The translations under genes were made by a program, and so were the position numbers. Positions 19,994 to 29,166 of a stretch of 64,000 nt of DNA are shown piece by piece. The DNA comes from Candidatus Omnitrophota bacterium (lineage in GTDB: Bacteria > Omnitrophota > Gorgyraeia > Gygaellales > JBFMHM01). Under the pieces are notes generated by a model, which was not told the DNA's origin, did not search any database, and was given only the letters and a program-made list of their open reading frames with translations. Location: assembly GCA_040753015.1 (NCBI GenBank), contig JBFMHM010000004.1, forward strand, positions 10,853-74,852. Reading direction: 5' to 3'. Numbering within the stretch: position 1 is the first letter of the stretch; each line of letters opens with the position of its first letter.

Positions 19994-20108
19994 AACTCCC
20001 CCCTTTTTCATTTATCTTCTTCATCATCCCGATTATCATAAAAACATTCAACAAGCTCGCTACAAGGCCTAAAAAAACAAAAATAATTATAATAGACCAA
20101 TGATTCAT
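19983..20108 (-). CDS. 41-aa single-TM small protein (not in ORF track)
   Basis: MNHWSIIIIFVFLGLVASLLNVFMIIGMMKKINEKGGSCEI; stop overlaps the next start. Confidence 0.5.
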   Translation of the reverse strand: MNHWSIIIIFVFLGLVASLLNVFMIIGMMKKINEKGGSCEI

Positions 20109-20156
20109 TTGTTTCAGAAACAATCTAGCAATAGTCAGAAAATTTATTTTATTTAT

Positions 20157-20567
20157 CTAAAGCATTTTATCGTGCTCTATGCTAAATTGCCAATCATCAG
20201 GATTATTGAAGTGATTATGAAAATTTGGATTATTCTCATTAAGCCATTTATTAAAATCTGCTAGATCGCTGAATTTCTTATCTATTTTTCCATCATGATT
20301 CGTATCAACTTCCGCTGAATCGAACTTACCTTCTTTTAAATACATCGTTATGTCAGTCTTTTCATCGAAATTTGTATCTGCTTCAGCTTTAGAGACATAT
20401 TTATTATCATGGCTGTAATAAATTATATCTGGCTTATTATCTTTATTTATATCTACTGTCTTAACCGCTACGGCCTGATTAACCGATGCGCATTGTGTAT
20501 GACCATATTTGATGCCTATAATAAATATGGATAATAAAATAATACCCATAACACTAAATTTTCTCAT
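20157..20567 (-). CDS. Secreted protein with three DxNxDxKxD (EF-hand-like) loops
   Basis: DINKDNKPD, DTNFDEKTD, DTNHDGKID; signal peptide; GAGGAG RBS. Confidence 0.65.
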   Translation of the reverse strand: MRKFSVMGIILLSIFIIGIKYGHTQCASVNQAVAVKTVDINKDNKPDIIYYSHDNKYVSKAEADTNFDEKTDITMYLKEGKFDSAEVDTNHDGKIDKKFSDLADFNKWLNENNPNFHNHFNNPDDWQFSIEHDKML

Positions 20568-20697
20568 TCTCTCCTCCTCTGTTTTTAATCATTCTACTCT
20601 AAAACAAAATCATCTGCAACTATTTCATTATTTTATAACAACCTTGAACTCAAACTTACCCGAAATGAGCGCATCTTTAAATTTCACCTAGATCACC

Positions 20698-20928
20698 TCA
20701 TGAAATAATTGTTTTAATTTCATTTTTATTGAGAACTTTCCCGGATGAGACCACCTTACCGTCAATAGCCAGCGCGGGCGTCATTATTACGCCACACTCG
20801 GTTATCTTATTGATATCCGTGACCTTACCAATCTCAGCTTGAATATTTAATTCTTTCACAGCCTCCTCAACATTCGCCATAAGCTGTTTGCATTTAGGAC
20901 AACCTACTCCCAAAATTTCTATTTTCAT
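20698..20928 (-). CDS. Small thioredoxin-family redox protein (MTH895/TM0996 type)
   Basis: GVGCPKC, MTPALAIDG. Confidence 0.9.
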   Translation of the reverse strand: MKIEILGVGCPKCKQLMANVEEAVKELNIQAEIGKVTDINKITECGVIMTPALAIDGKVVSSGKVLNKNEIKTIIS

Positions 20929-20938
20929 TTTCTGCCTC

Positions 20939-22111
20939 CTATTTTACAATTAAACCAAAAATCATTCCGCTTATGGTAGCCATAACAACTACCAAAGCCA
21001 CATAGACAACTGTCTTCTTAGTGCCGATAATTCCCCGAATAACCAGCATACTTGGCAAACTCAACGCTGGCCCGGCCAAAAGAAGCGCCAGCGCTGGCCC
21101 TTTACCCATACCGGATCCGATCAAACCCTGTAAAATAGGCACTTCCGTAAGCGTAGCAAAATACATGAACGCCGCAACAATTGAAGAAAAGAAATTTGCC
21201 CTTAAAGAATTGCCGCCGACTAACGCCTCAATAAACCGGGAAGGAATGATCCCCTCATGCCCTACCCTGCCTAAAAGAAATCCAGAAATCAACACCCCGC
21301 CCAAAAGAAGCGGCAAGATCTGTAAAACAAATCCCCATGTCGCCGAAGTCCATTCTTTAAGTTCGTCCTTTTTGAACCATTTAAAAAGCATTACCACCAA
21401 ACTAACTAGCGAAAATCCGGCAATCCACCATTTGTACTGATATATAAATACCCATGAGCTATGATCACCTTCCAGCGGCTTGCCCCAGTTAGCAAAAATA
21501 AGAAATACAACCATAGATACAAAATAAAGAACATTCTGACCTAAAGAACGGGTTTCTTTTACCTTTCCGAAATTAAAATCGCCGTTGGCGTGCCGCTCTC
21601 GCTCCTCTTTTAAAAAGATAAAATGCATCAATAAACCAATAACAACACTAAAGACAACCGCTCCTATAGCTCGTGCAAACCCTAACTGCCAGCCGAGGAT
21701 TCGAGCGGTAAAAATAATTGCTAAAACATTAATTGCGGGTCCTGAATATAGAAAAGCGATCGCAGGCCCCAAGCCAGCTCCTCTCTTATATATGCCAGAA
21801 AATAAAGGCAACACCGTACATGAACATACCGCTAAGATCGCCCCAGACACAGATGCCACGCTATACGATAAAAATTTATTCGCCTTAGCCCCGAAATACT
21901 TCATCACGGACACCTGACTAACAAACACAGATATCGCTCCGGCTATAAAGAACGCCGGAACAAGGCATAAAAGTATATGTTCCCGCGCATACCATTTAAC
22001 AAGAGCTAACGCCTCGAAAATAGCATTGGTAAAGCGCAGGTTCTCAATAGGCAAATAGAAACAGCCTAAAAAAATTGCTACAATGTATAGAAATTTCTTC
22101 CAGTCTCTCAT
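20939..22111 (-). CDS. ArsP/DUF318-family permease
   Basis: AVCSCTVLP, FLYSGPAIN, MYFATLTEVP and LLAGPALSLP motifs. Confidence 0.88.
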   Translation of the reverse strand: MRDWKKFLYIVAIFLGCFYLPIENLRFTNAIFEALALVKWYAREHILLCLVPAFFIAGAISVFVSQVSVMKYFGAKANKFLSYSVASVSGAILAVCSCTVLPLFSGIYKRGAGLGPAIAFLYSGPAINVLAIIFTARILGWQLGFARAIGAVVFSVVIGLLMHFIFLKEERERHANGDFNFGKVKETRSLGQNVLYFVSMVVFLIFANWGKPLEGDHSSWVFIYQYKWWIAGFSLVSLVVMLFKWFKKDELKEWTSATWGFVLQILPLLLGGVLISGFLLGRVGHEGIIPSRFIEALVGGNSLRANFFSSIVAAFMYFATLTEVPILQGLIGSGMGKGPALALLLAGPALSLPSMLVIRGIIGTKKTVVYVALVVVMATISGMIFGLIVK

Positions 22112-22128
22112 CTAGTGCTTTCTTAAGA

Positions 22129-22461
22129 TTAATGATTTATTCGAGATGCGTAGGCAAAAGGTAAAAAATAACTTCGCCAAGAGTGTTCAGAGGACATAAA
22201 CTGGTTTACCCCAAAAAAATAATCAACAATTGCTTCTCTCATACGAGCAATTTCCTTCAAATGAGCATAATTCTTATCACTATCTAATGTCAAATCGATT
22301 AATTCTAGGGCGCGTTCAAATGCCCTTTGAGCATAATCATTATTTTTCTTTATCTGCCAATTAAGTGCGCGCTCAACCTCGCTACCAATATTTGCCATTT
22401 GTTCTAAAAATGGCATCTGGTTCCAACGACCTAAAGCTAAATCTTTATGCTGATAACTCAT
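22129..22461 (-). CDS. Conserved-looking helical hypothetical protein
   Basis: EQMANIGSEVERA; start coupled to the upstream stop (TAATG). Confidence 0.7.
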   Translation of the reverse strand: MSYQHKDLALGRWNQMPFLEQMANIGSEVERALNWQIKKNNDYAQRAFERALELIDLTLDSDKNYAHLKEIARMREAIVDYFFGVNQFMSSEHSWRSYFLPFAYASRINH

Positions 22462-22799
22462 TATTTAATCTTTTTTACAACTATCTCGATAATTTTTTTA
22501 CGCATTTCTTCATTTTCTATACCACGACTTCTATTGCCGCAAGAAGGACGCATATTAATCATAGAATCAAATTCAATAAAATCAGTGCCTTGAATTTCTG
22601 GATATAAATTAATACCCCAAAGATTTTTTTGTTTTGACCCATCCTTCAAAAGCAATGCTTCCAAATCGGAATGAAGCTCAGCATCAATTGCAACTAACTC
22701 TCTTTCAACATCAACAACAGCTTTTACTAAATTACCAAAAGTAGCTTGGGCCATCGCCTTTATTTCATTAAGCGCTATACTTTCTATTATGATTTTCAT
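22461..22799 (-). CDS. DUF5674 family protein (start revised to ATG 22799)
   Basis: VKAVVDV, LHSDLE, LWGINLYP and FDSMINMRP motifs. Confidence 0.75.
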   Translation of the reverse strand: MKIIIESIALNEIKAMAQATFGNLVKAVVDVERELVAIDAELHSDLEALLLKDGSKQKNLWGINLYPEIQGTDFIEFDSMINMRPSCGNRSRGIENEEMRKKIIEIVVKKIK

Positions 22800-22820
22800 G
22801 GACTGATTATACCTTAAACA

Positions 22821-22905
22821 AAAACCCCCTGCAAGCACTTTGCCTAATTACAAGCAAACTTACAGAGGGTTAAACTCGAACTTTACGTGACTTATAAAGT
22901 TCGAG
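22821..22905 (-). terminator. Two tandem hairpins downstream of tRNA-Asn; the second is followed by a U-tract
   Basis: CTCGAACTTTA/TAAAGTTCGAG perfect 11-bp IR (22875-22905); AACCCTCTGTAAG/CTTGCAGGGGGTT followed by TTTG. Confidence 0.6.
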
Positions 22906-22912
22906 CCCTATT

Positions 22913-22988
22913 TGGCTCCCCCTCTAGGACTCGAACCTAGGACCTGGAGATTAACAGTCTCTCGCTCTACCAACTGAGCTAAGGGGGA
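22913..22988 (-). tRNA. tRNA-Asn(GTT)
   Basis: Cloverleaf, loop CT-GTT-AA, GGTTCGAGTCC, CCA encoded. Confidence 0.96.
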
Positions 22989-23041
22989 ATACAGAAATTA
23001 AAAACTAAAACGAAAAACGTAAAACTAAAAATCGAAAAAAA

Positions 23042-23641
23042 TCAAATCTCACGACGGCCTTCTAAAGCAAGAGCAAGGGTTGAGGCATCCGTATATTCTA
23101 AATTAGTGCCTAAAGGAACACCTGAAGCAATACGCGAAACCCTAACACCCAAAGGTTTGAGCAAATTTGAAAGATATATTGCTGTTGCCTCACCTTCTAT
23201 ATCAGTACCAGTTGCAATAATTATTTCTTTTATACTATTTTGCTGTATTCTTGTCAATAATTCTTTTATTTTAAGACTTTCCGGCCCTTTGCCATCGAGA
23301 GGAGATATCCTTCCGCCCAAAACATGGTACACCCCTTTAAATTTAGCAGACTTCTCTATAGCTAAAACATCATTTGCTTCCTCTACAGTACAAACTAAAG
23401 ATTGATTCCGGCTATTATCTTGACAGATATTGCAAATTTCGGCGTCAGTTAAATTGTTACAAATTTTACAATATCTTATCCGATCTTTCAAATCTAGCAA
23501 AGCGCGGGAAAAACTATTAATCTCTTCTTTAGATGCATTAATTATATAATAAACAATACGCTCAGCACTCCTTCTGCCAATCCCAGGAAATTTCATCAAG
23601 TACTGCAATAATCTTTCAATTATATCAGGATAAAGTTTCAC
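23042..23641 (-). CDS. recR: Recombination mediator RecR
   Basis: PGIGRRSAER, C4 zinc finger, YHVLGG, EGEATA. Confidence 0.96.
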   Translation of the reverse strand: MKLYPDIIERLLQYLMKFPGIGRRSAERIVYYIINASKEEINSFSRALLDLKDRIRYCKICNNLTDAEICNICQDNSRNQSLVCTVEEANDVLAIEKSAKFKGVYHVLGGRISPLDGKGPESLKIKELLTRIQQNSIKEIIIATGTDIEGEATAIYLSNLLKPLGVRVSRIASGVPLGTNLEYTDASTLALALEGRREI

Positions 23642-23659
23642 CCAATTACATCTCCTCTT

Positions 23660-25204
23660 TTATGATACAATTCTTCCGCCGAAAGTATCTAATGCATTCT
23701 TTAAATCAGCTTCGATTTCTTCAAATTCTTGTTTTTTTTGTTGAATATTTTCACTAAGTAAAAATTTTATTCGAAGCTTAGCATTGGTAACGCTAAAAAT
23801 AACATCTTCAAGCACTTTATTGTTATCTTTTGCCTCAAGAAATTCTTTGCTAAAAGCCATATCTTTAGGTAAACCAATATTTAAAATATTATTTTTTACT
23901 TCCATTGGCTGAGCATGCTCTAAATAACTTGCTACCGACATCTTGACTTTTGTCAAATCATTGATTATCTTTGGCCAATTATCCTTAATTTCTTGAATAT
24001 CTATAGAAGAACTTTCATCTCTCGTATCTTCAACAATAACTTTTGTTTTTTGTGTTTTAGTAGCAACACTAATTTTTAATTCATCTTTTTTTTTAGCCAA
24101 ACTTATCTCTGAATTAACAGGATTAATTAATTTAATAACGGAAATCTCAAGGGGGATCCTTACTGAATCAAAGCGCTTTTGCATTTCTTGAGTTTGGATA
24201 AAAATATTAAATGCCCTAAAAATTTCTTCTAGTTCGAAACTGTTGCTTTGTTCAAAAAGCATTTTTCTTATCTCATCAGGTAAATCTAAAAGTTTTGTTT
24301 TTGATCCTTTGGTTACTTTAACTACCATTAGATTTCTAAAATGCTCAATCAAGCTATTTATAAAAATACCAGCGTCTTTTCCTTGATTAATTACCTCATC
24401 GCAAAGCCCTAAAATACCTGATAGATCTTTTTTAATTAATCTCGCAGTAAAATCAAATAATATATCATTGTCTATAATTCCAAGCACTGAAATAGCATCC
24501 TTAGAGTTAATTTTGTCTTTAGTAAAATGCGACAGTTGGTCGAGTATTGACTCTGCGTCTCTAAGTGAACCGTCTGATGCCTTAGCAACTGTAAATAGAA
24601 CATCCTTTTCGATCGAAATATTCTCTGCCCTCGAAATTTTCGAAAGATGATCAATCATTTCTAATATTGAAATTTTTCTAAAATCAAATCTCTGACAGCG
24701 GGAACTGATTGTAGCCAAAACCTTGTGTGCCTGTGTAGTTGCGAAAATAAATTTTACAAAACTAGGCGGTTCCTCAAGTGTTTTTAAAAGAGCATTAAAT
24801 GCTTCGGTAGTAAGCATATGTACTTCATCAATAATATAAATCTTAAATTTTGACGATGCAGGCGCAAATTTGACATTTTCCCGTAAATTTCTTATCTCAT
24901 CAATTCCTCTATTTGAAGCACCATCAATCTCGATAACATCCATTGAACGGTTTTCAGATATCTCTAAACAAGAAGAGCATTTCTGACAAGGGTTAACCGT
25001 AGAGCCTTCTTTGCAATTTAGTGATTTTGCTAATATACGCGCCGTAGATGTTTTCCCAACTCCGCGCGGCCCACTAAACAAAAAAGCATGATGCAGGCGG
25101 CCGGATACAATTGCGTTCTTAAGAATTTTAGTAATATGCTCCTGACCGACAACTTCGTCTAATTTTTGGGGACGGTATTTTCGTGCTAATGCTATGTAAG
25201 TCAT
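23660..25204 (-). CDS. dnaX: DNA polymerase III gamma/tau (start revised to ATG 25204)
   Basis: [29 protein letters not shown]. Confidence 0.96.
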   Translation of the reverse strand: MTYIALARKYRPQKLDEVVGQEHITKILKNAIVSGRLHHAFLFSGPRGVGKTSTARILAKSLNCKEGSTVNPCQKCSSCLEISENRSMDVIEIDGASNRGIDEIRNLRENVKFAPASSKFKIYIIDEVHMLTTEAFNALLKTLEEPPSFVKFIFATTQAHKVLATISSRCQRFDFRKISILEMIDHLSKISRAENISIEKDVLFTVAKASDGSLRDAESILDQLSHFTKDKINSKDAISVLGIIDNDILFDFTARLIKKDLSGILGLCDEVINQGKDAGIFINSLIEHFRNLMVVKVTKGSKTKLLDLPDEIRKMLFEQSNSFELEEIFRAFNIFIQTQEMQKRFDSVRIPLEISVIKLINPVNSEISLAKKKDELKISVATKTQKTKVIVEDTRDESSSIDIQEIKDNWPKIINDLTKVKMSVASYLEHAQPMEVKNNILNIGLPKDMAFSKEFLEAKDNNKVLEDVIFSVTNAKLRIKFLLSENIQQKKQEFEEIEADLKNALDTFGGRIVS

Positions 25205-25215
25205 ATAGAATATTA

Positions 25216-25304
25216 CGGAGAGGCTGGGATTCGAACCCAGGGTCCGCCTTTCGGCAGACAACTTCTTAGCAGGAAGTTGCTATCGACCACTCAGCCACCT
25301 CTCC
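25216..25304 (-). tRNA. tRNA-Ser(GCT)
   Basis: GGAGAGGTGGCTGAGTGG..., loop CT-GCT-AA, long variable arm, no CCA. Confidence 0.95.
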
Positions 25305-25352
25305 AGATAAATTTAATTACGGCCTATTTTTGCTTATCGATTTTCGGGTTTA

Positions 25353-25814
25353 TTATTTTCGTTTTCTCTTAAAGAATTCTTTTAATAAAAGACTACATTC
25401 ATTTTCTAGTATACCGCGCTTTACATCTACCCTATGATTAAGTTTATTGCTCGTTATAATGTCAAATACTGAACCACAAGCACCGGTTTTTGGGTCATCA
25501 GCTCCATATACCAGATGCTTAATACGACTAAGAACAAGCGCTCCTGCACACATTGAACAAGGCTCAATTGTAACATAAAGCGCGGAATCTAACAACCACT
25601 TATTATTTAGATAATTACTTGCGCAGGTTAAGGCGACCATTTCTGCGTGGGCTGTTGGATCTTTTAATCTTTCAACCTGATTATGCGCCTTTGCAATAAT
25701 CTGATTTTTATAAACAATTACCGCCCCAACTGGTACTTCATCCTCTTCAAAGGCAATTTTTGCTTCTTTTAAAGCCTCGCGCATAAAGAATTGCTCTATT
25801 TCTGATTTTTGCAT
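25353..25814 (-). CDS. tadA: tRNA adenosine(34) deaminase (start revised to ATG 25814)
   Basis: EVPVGAV, DPTAHAE and EPCSMCAGA motifs. Confidence 0.95.
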   Translation of the reverse strand: MQKSEIEQFFMREALKEAKIAFEEDEVPVGAVIVYKNQIIAKAHNQVERLKDPTAHAEMVALTCASNYLNNKWLLDSALYVTIEPCSMCAGALVLSRIKHLVYGADDPKTGACGSVFDIITSNKLNHRVDVKRGILENECSLLLKEFFKRKRK

Positions 25815-25835
25815 TTTGGTTTTTGATTTTTTAAT

Positions 25836-25909
25836 CGCGCCCGGCAGGGGTCGAACCTGCAACAACCAGCTCCGTAGGCTGGTGCTCTATCCAATTGAGC
25901 TACGGGCGC
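25836..25909 (-). tRNA. tRNA-Arg(ACG)
   Basis: Stem CCAGC/GCTGG, loop CT-ACG-GA. Confidence 0.95.
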
Positions 25910-25915
25910 ACAAAA

Positions 25916-27253
25916 TCAAACTTTTATTTTTAACTGTGAAATAACTTTATCTGGCTCTGTACAATATCTGCGGCAAAACCCAGAAACCTGCCTTAATTCA
26001 AAAATATTATTATCTTTTAATGCTTTTAAAACTAATGCGCGACGGGCTAGCTCTCGCATAATTTCTTTTAAAGAAAACCCTGATGTCTTGCTTAACCGCT
26101 CGCAGTAAATACTCGAAGGTGCAACATTGATAAAATTTCTCTGTTCGTAATTATAAGCATAAACTGGTGAAAGCAAAATCATATTTTGTTCCATACCTGC
26201 AGTTTCAGTAATTTCAGAAGCAACACGAAAAACAGAATCTTTATTCTGAAACTTTTTCATCACAATAAAAGCGTCAATTAAATTTATTAATATATGGGGC
26301 ACTCTCATGGGCTCATTATTAAGCCTTATAATTGCCTCCCTGGCGCTTCCTGCATGCAAAGAACCAAGGCAATATTTTCCAGTATTAATTGCTGTCATTA
26401 GATCGCGCGCTTCTTCACCGCGAACTTCGCCAATCACAATCCTATCTGGACGCATACGTAGACTGTCTTTTACTAATTCCAGTAAGCTTATATCATCATC
26501 GCTTTCGAGCCTAGAATAATTATCTTCCATTTGCGTATTTAATTCAAGAGTATCTTCAATTACAACCACGCGCTCTTTTTCCGAAATAAAACTAAATAAA
26601 GCGTTTAACAATGTTGTTTTTCCTACGCCCGGGCCTCCAGCAATAATAATATTTGCCGGCTTAACTGATAAACCCTCAACATAAAGCCAAATTAATGCTG
26701 CCATTTCTACGCTTACCGAATTATTCGCAATTAAACTTACAATGCTTAGAGGATGTGTTTTTGTGCGTGTAATTGTTATCTGCGGCCCAAAAGGCGAATA
26801 AGTAATATTTACGCGGCCTTCAATTTGTGGCAGCTCAAGATTATTTATTTTTTTTAAACTATCCCTGCCGGAAAACACAAGTAATTTTTTGATAAACAAA
26901 TCTAATTCTTTTTGCGAACTAAATCTTCTATCGGTTTTAACTAATCCATTTTTAGAATGGTGAACCTGAATAAAGTTTAACGAATTGATAATTATATCTT
27001 CTGTGCCATCGTCGCGAAATAACTCATCAATTATTCCATAGGAAAAAAATTGTTCTAAAAATTGCCCTCTTTCCTCTTTCGACTTAAGTGTTTGGACTTT
27101 TTCAAGCAACAAATCTTTTTCAAGCCTGCCACAAAGCTTATCTAGCCCTTCATGGGCAATCTTTTCTCTCTCTTCTTTTTCCTGAAGAAGGTTAATCTTG
27201 CCCATTAATTCATCAAGTAATTTTATTTCTAACTCTAATAATTGTTCGTCCAT
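25916..27253 (-). CDS. CpaF/VirB11/FlaI-family secretion ATPase (start revised to ATG 27253)
   Basis: GGPGVGKTT, IEDTLEL, LRMRPDRIVIGEVRG, SLHA. Confidence 0.88.
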   Translation of the reverse strand: MDEQLLELEIKLLDELMGKINLLQEKEEREKIAHEGLDKLCGRLEKDLLLEKVQTLKSKEERGQFLEQFFSYGIIDELFRDDGTEDIIINSLNFIQVHHSKNGLVKTDRRFSSQKELDLFIKKLLVFSGRDSLKKINNLELPQIEGRVNITYSPFGPQITITRTKTHPLSIVSLIANNSVSVEMAALIWLYVEGLSVKPANIIIAGGPGVGKTTLLNALFSFISEKERVVVIEDTLELNTQMEDNYSRLESDDDISLLELVKDSLRMRPDRIVIGEVRGEEARDLMTAINTGKYCLGSLHAGSAREAIIRLNNEPMRVPHILINLIDAFIVMKKFQNKDSVFRVASEITETAGMEQNMILLSPVYAYNYEQRNFINVAPSSIYCERLSKTSGFSLKEIMRELARRALVLKALKDNNIFELRQVSGFCRRYCTEPDKVISQLKIKV

Positions 27254-27333
27254 AGGTTTTATCGTAACGGCACGTAAAGACTGCGTCCACATGCCTGCCA
27301 CGTGATGATTCACATTTTGTGAATCATTTTACG

Positions 27334-27421
27334 TGGCGGAGAGGCTGGGATTCGAACCCAGGATACCTTTCGGTATACGAGTACTCCAGACTCGCGCGCT
27401 CGGCCACTACGCGACCTCTCC
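27334..27421 (-). tRNA. tRNA-Ser(GGA)
   Basis: Stem CGAGT/ACTCG, loop CT-GGA-GT, long variable arm, CCA encoded. Confidence 0.92.
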
Positions 27422-27459
27422 AAATGTAATTTAAAAATAACATAAAAAAGTTGATAAAT

Positions 27460-27903
27460 CTATGATAATTTTTCTTTTACTAATCGGCTAACTAGGCTTG
27501 AGTCTGCCTTGCCAGCTAGTTGAGATAAAGCCTCTTTCATAATTTTACCCATATCTTTTATAGAACTAGCACCGCTTGATTTAATTATATCTTCGACTAC
27601 TTTTTTGACTGCTTCTTCAGAAAGTTCTTCTGGTAAATAAGATTTTAAAACTACAAGCTCCTTTTCTTCTTTTTCAACTAAATCAATACGGTTACCTTGT
27701 TTAAATTGCTCAATAGAATCCTGCCGGCGCTTAATTTGTTTCTTTATAATTGGAATTATATCATTATCGTCCAATTTATCTTTTTTCTTATCAATCGCGA
27801 TATTTTTTAGCTCAGCTCTCAAAAAACTTAAAGTGGACGTCTTAACTGTATCTTTTTCTTTCATCGCTTTTATATAATCCTGCATTATCTTTTCTTCTAA
27901 CAT
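27460..27903 (-). CDS. yqeY: GatB/YqeY domain protein
   Basis: AMKEKD, RQDSIEQF, YLPEELS, DMGKIM motifs. Confidence 0.9.
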   Translation of the reverse strand: MLEEKIMQDYIKAMKEKDTVKTSTLSFLRAELKNIAIDKKKDKLDDNDIIPIIKKQIKRRQDSIEQFKQGNRIDLVEKEEKELVVLKSYLPEELSEEAVKKVVEDIIKSSGASSIKDMGKIMKEALSQLAGKADSSLVSRLVKEKLS

Positions 27904-27915
27904 AAAAACCTCCTG

Positions 27916-29022
27916 TTATTTTTGTAATTGCTGAAACTGCTGAATAATATTACCTATCTCCTGAATAACTGCCATTGTTATTGCCTGCTTAACTTGAGGG
28001 CCTAACTGCGCTTTTGGATTAGATAACGGCCCGCTAACTACAAAATCAAACAATACATCTCCACTGCTTGATGTTAAGTAAGGGAGCAGTTTAGTAACCG
28101 ATGTTTCTAGAAACTGAGCATTTTGTTTATCTGGATTAACTGTAATCTTTAGTTTATGAAACAGCATCTCAGTAGTAGAATTAATAATATCACCATCTAA
28201 ATTAAAATTAGTAATTGAACTAAATAGCCCTCTTTGGAATAAGAAAGGAGTAACTCTCTGAAAATAAGGAAGGAATTGCATTAAATCAACTTGGCCTGTC
28301 CTTAGGATTCCTTTAATATCTGAATGATCCTTAAAAGCAACTATATCTGCTTCTAAGCTAACTTGGCTATCATTATAATAACCATTCACAATATAAAAAT
28401 TAAATTCGCATTTTAAAGGAATATAATTATTTTGCTGTTTATCAGCGATAAGATTAAAATTTAGCTTCCTAAAATTTATTTTATAAGGCGGACTCGATAT
28501 ATAGCTATCTCTAAAATTAACTAAAGAATTTTTTATTGTTATTTTACCTAACTGGGTTGCAAGTTTATAGAAATTTATACCTTTAAATTCATCAGCATAC
28601 GCCAATGATATATCCACAGATATATCATTTAAAAAATTATTATATGCTATATTAAATTTGCCGTTTTTATTTCTCTCAATATTAAAAATACCCTTATCTA
28701 TAATAAGTTCTTTAATTATAAATCTTCTTTTTTGGCTAAAAATATCTCTATTAAAAATAATCGTGCAACTTTCTGCATCTAATAAGTCAGAACTAAACGG
28801 CTTTTTATTTAAAACATGAAATCCTTGGAAATTTACCTTTCCTTTATCTAAGTTAAAATCTATTTTTTCAATTTTTATCGGAAAACCTAATGTTTTACTT
28901 AATGATTTCTCAATTATCCCCTTGCCCTGAAATTTAAATAATAAAAAAATTATAAGCGAAATTAAAATTATAATTAAAACAACTATTCCTGCAAATTTAA
29001 ATAAGGTATTAAATAGTCTCAT
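27916..29022 (-). CDS. AsmA/DUF748-like membrane-anchored protein
   Basis: N-terminal TM, beta-rich body, C-terminal VSGPLSNP motif. Confidence 0.65.
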   Translation of the reverse strand: MRLFNTLFKFAGIVVLIIILISLIIFLLFKFQGKGIIEKSLSKTLGFPIKIEKIDFNLDKGKVNFQGFHVLNKKPFSSDLLDAESCTIIFNRDIFSQKRRFIIKELIIDKGIFNIERNKNGKFNIAYNNFLNDISVDISLAYADEFKGINFYKLATQLGKITIKNSLVNFRDSYISSPPYKINFRKLNFNLIADKQQNNYIPLKCEFNFYIVNGYYNDSQVSLEADIVAFKDHSDIKGILRTGQVDLMQFLPYFQRVTPFLFQRGLFSSITNFNLDGDIINSTTEMLFHKLKITVNPDKQNAQFLETSVTKLLPYLTSSSGDVLFDFVVSGPLSNPKAQLGPQVKQAITMAVIQEIGNIIQQFQQLQK

Positions 29023-29033
29023 AAATTAATTAA

Positions 29034-29121
29034 CGGAGAGGGTGGGATTCGAACCCACGTAAGGCTTACGCCCCAACCGCTTTTCGAGAGCGGCCCGTTA
29101 TGACCACTTCGGTACCTCTCC
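29034..29121 (-). tRNA. tRNA-Ser(CGA)
   Basis: Stem CCGCT/AGCGG, loop CT-CGA-AA, long variable arm. Confidence 0.95.
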
Positions 29122-29166
29122 AATATTTAAAAGCGAAGAATCGTTTTGATCGCACCATCCAACGAA

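Noticed and set aside
25205-25261. N-terminal ORF extensions of dnaX (likewise tadA, archease, the CpaF ATPase and the 29729 ORF)
   Set aside because: The extensions run through tRNA genes, hairpins or IS ends; downstream ATGs match family starts
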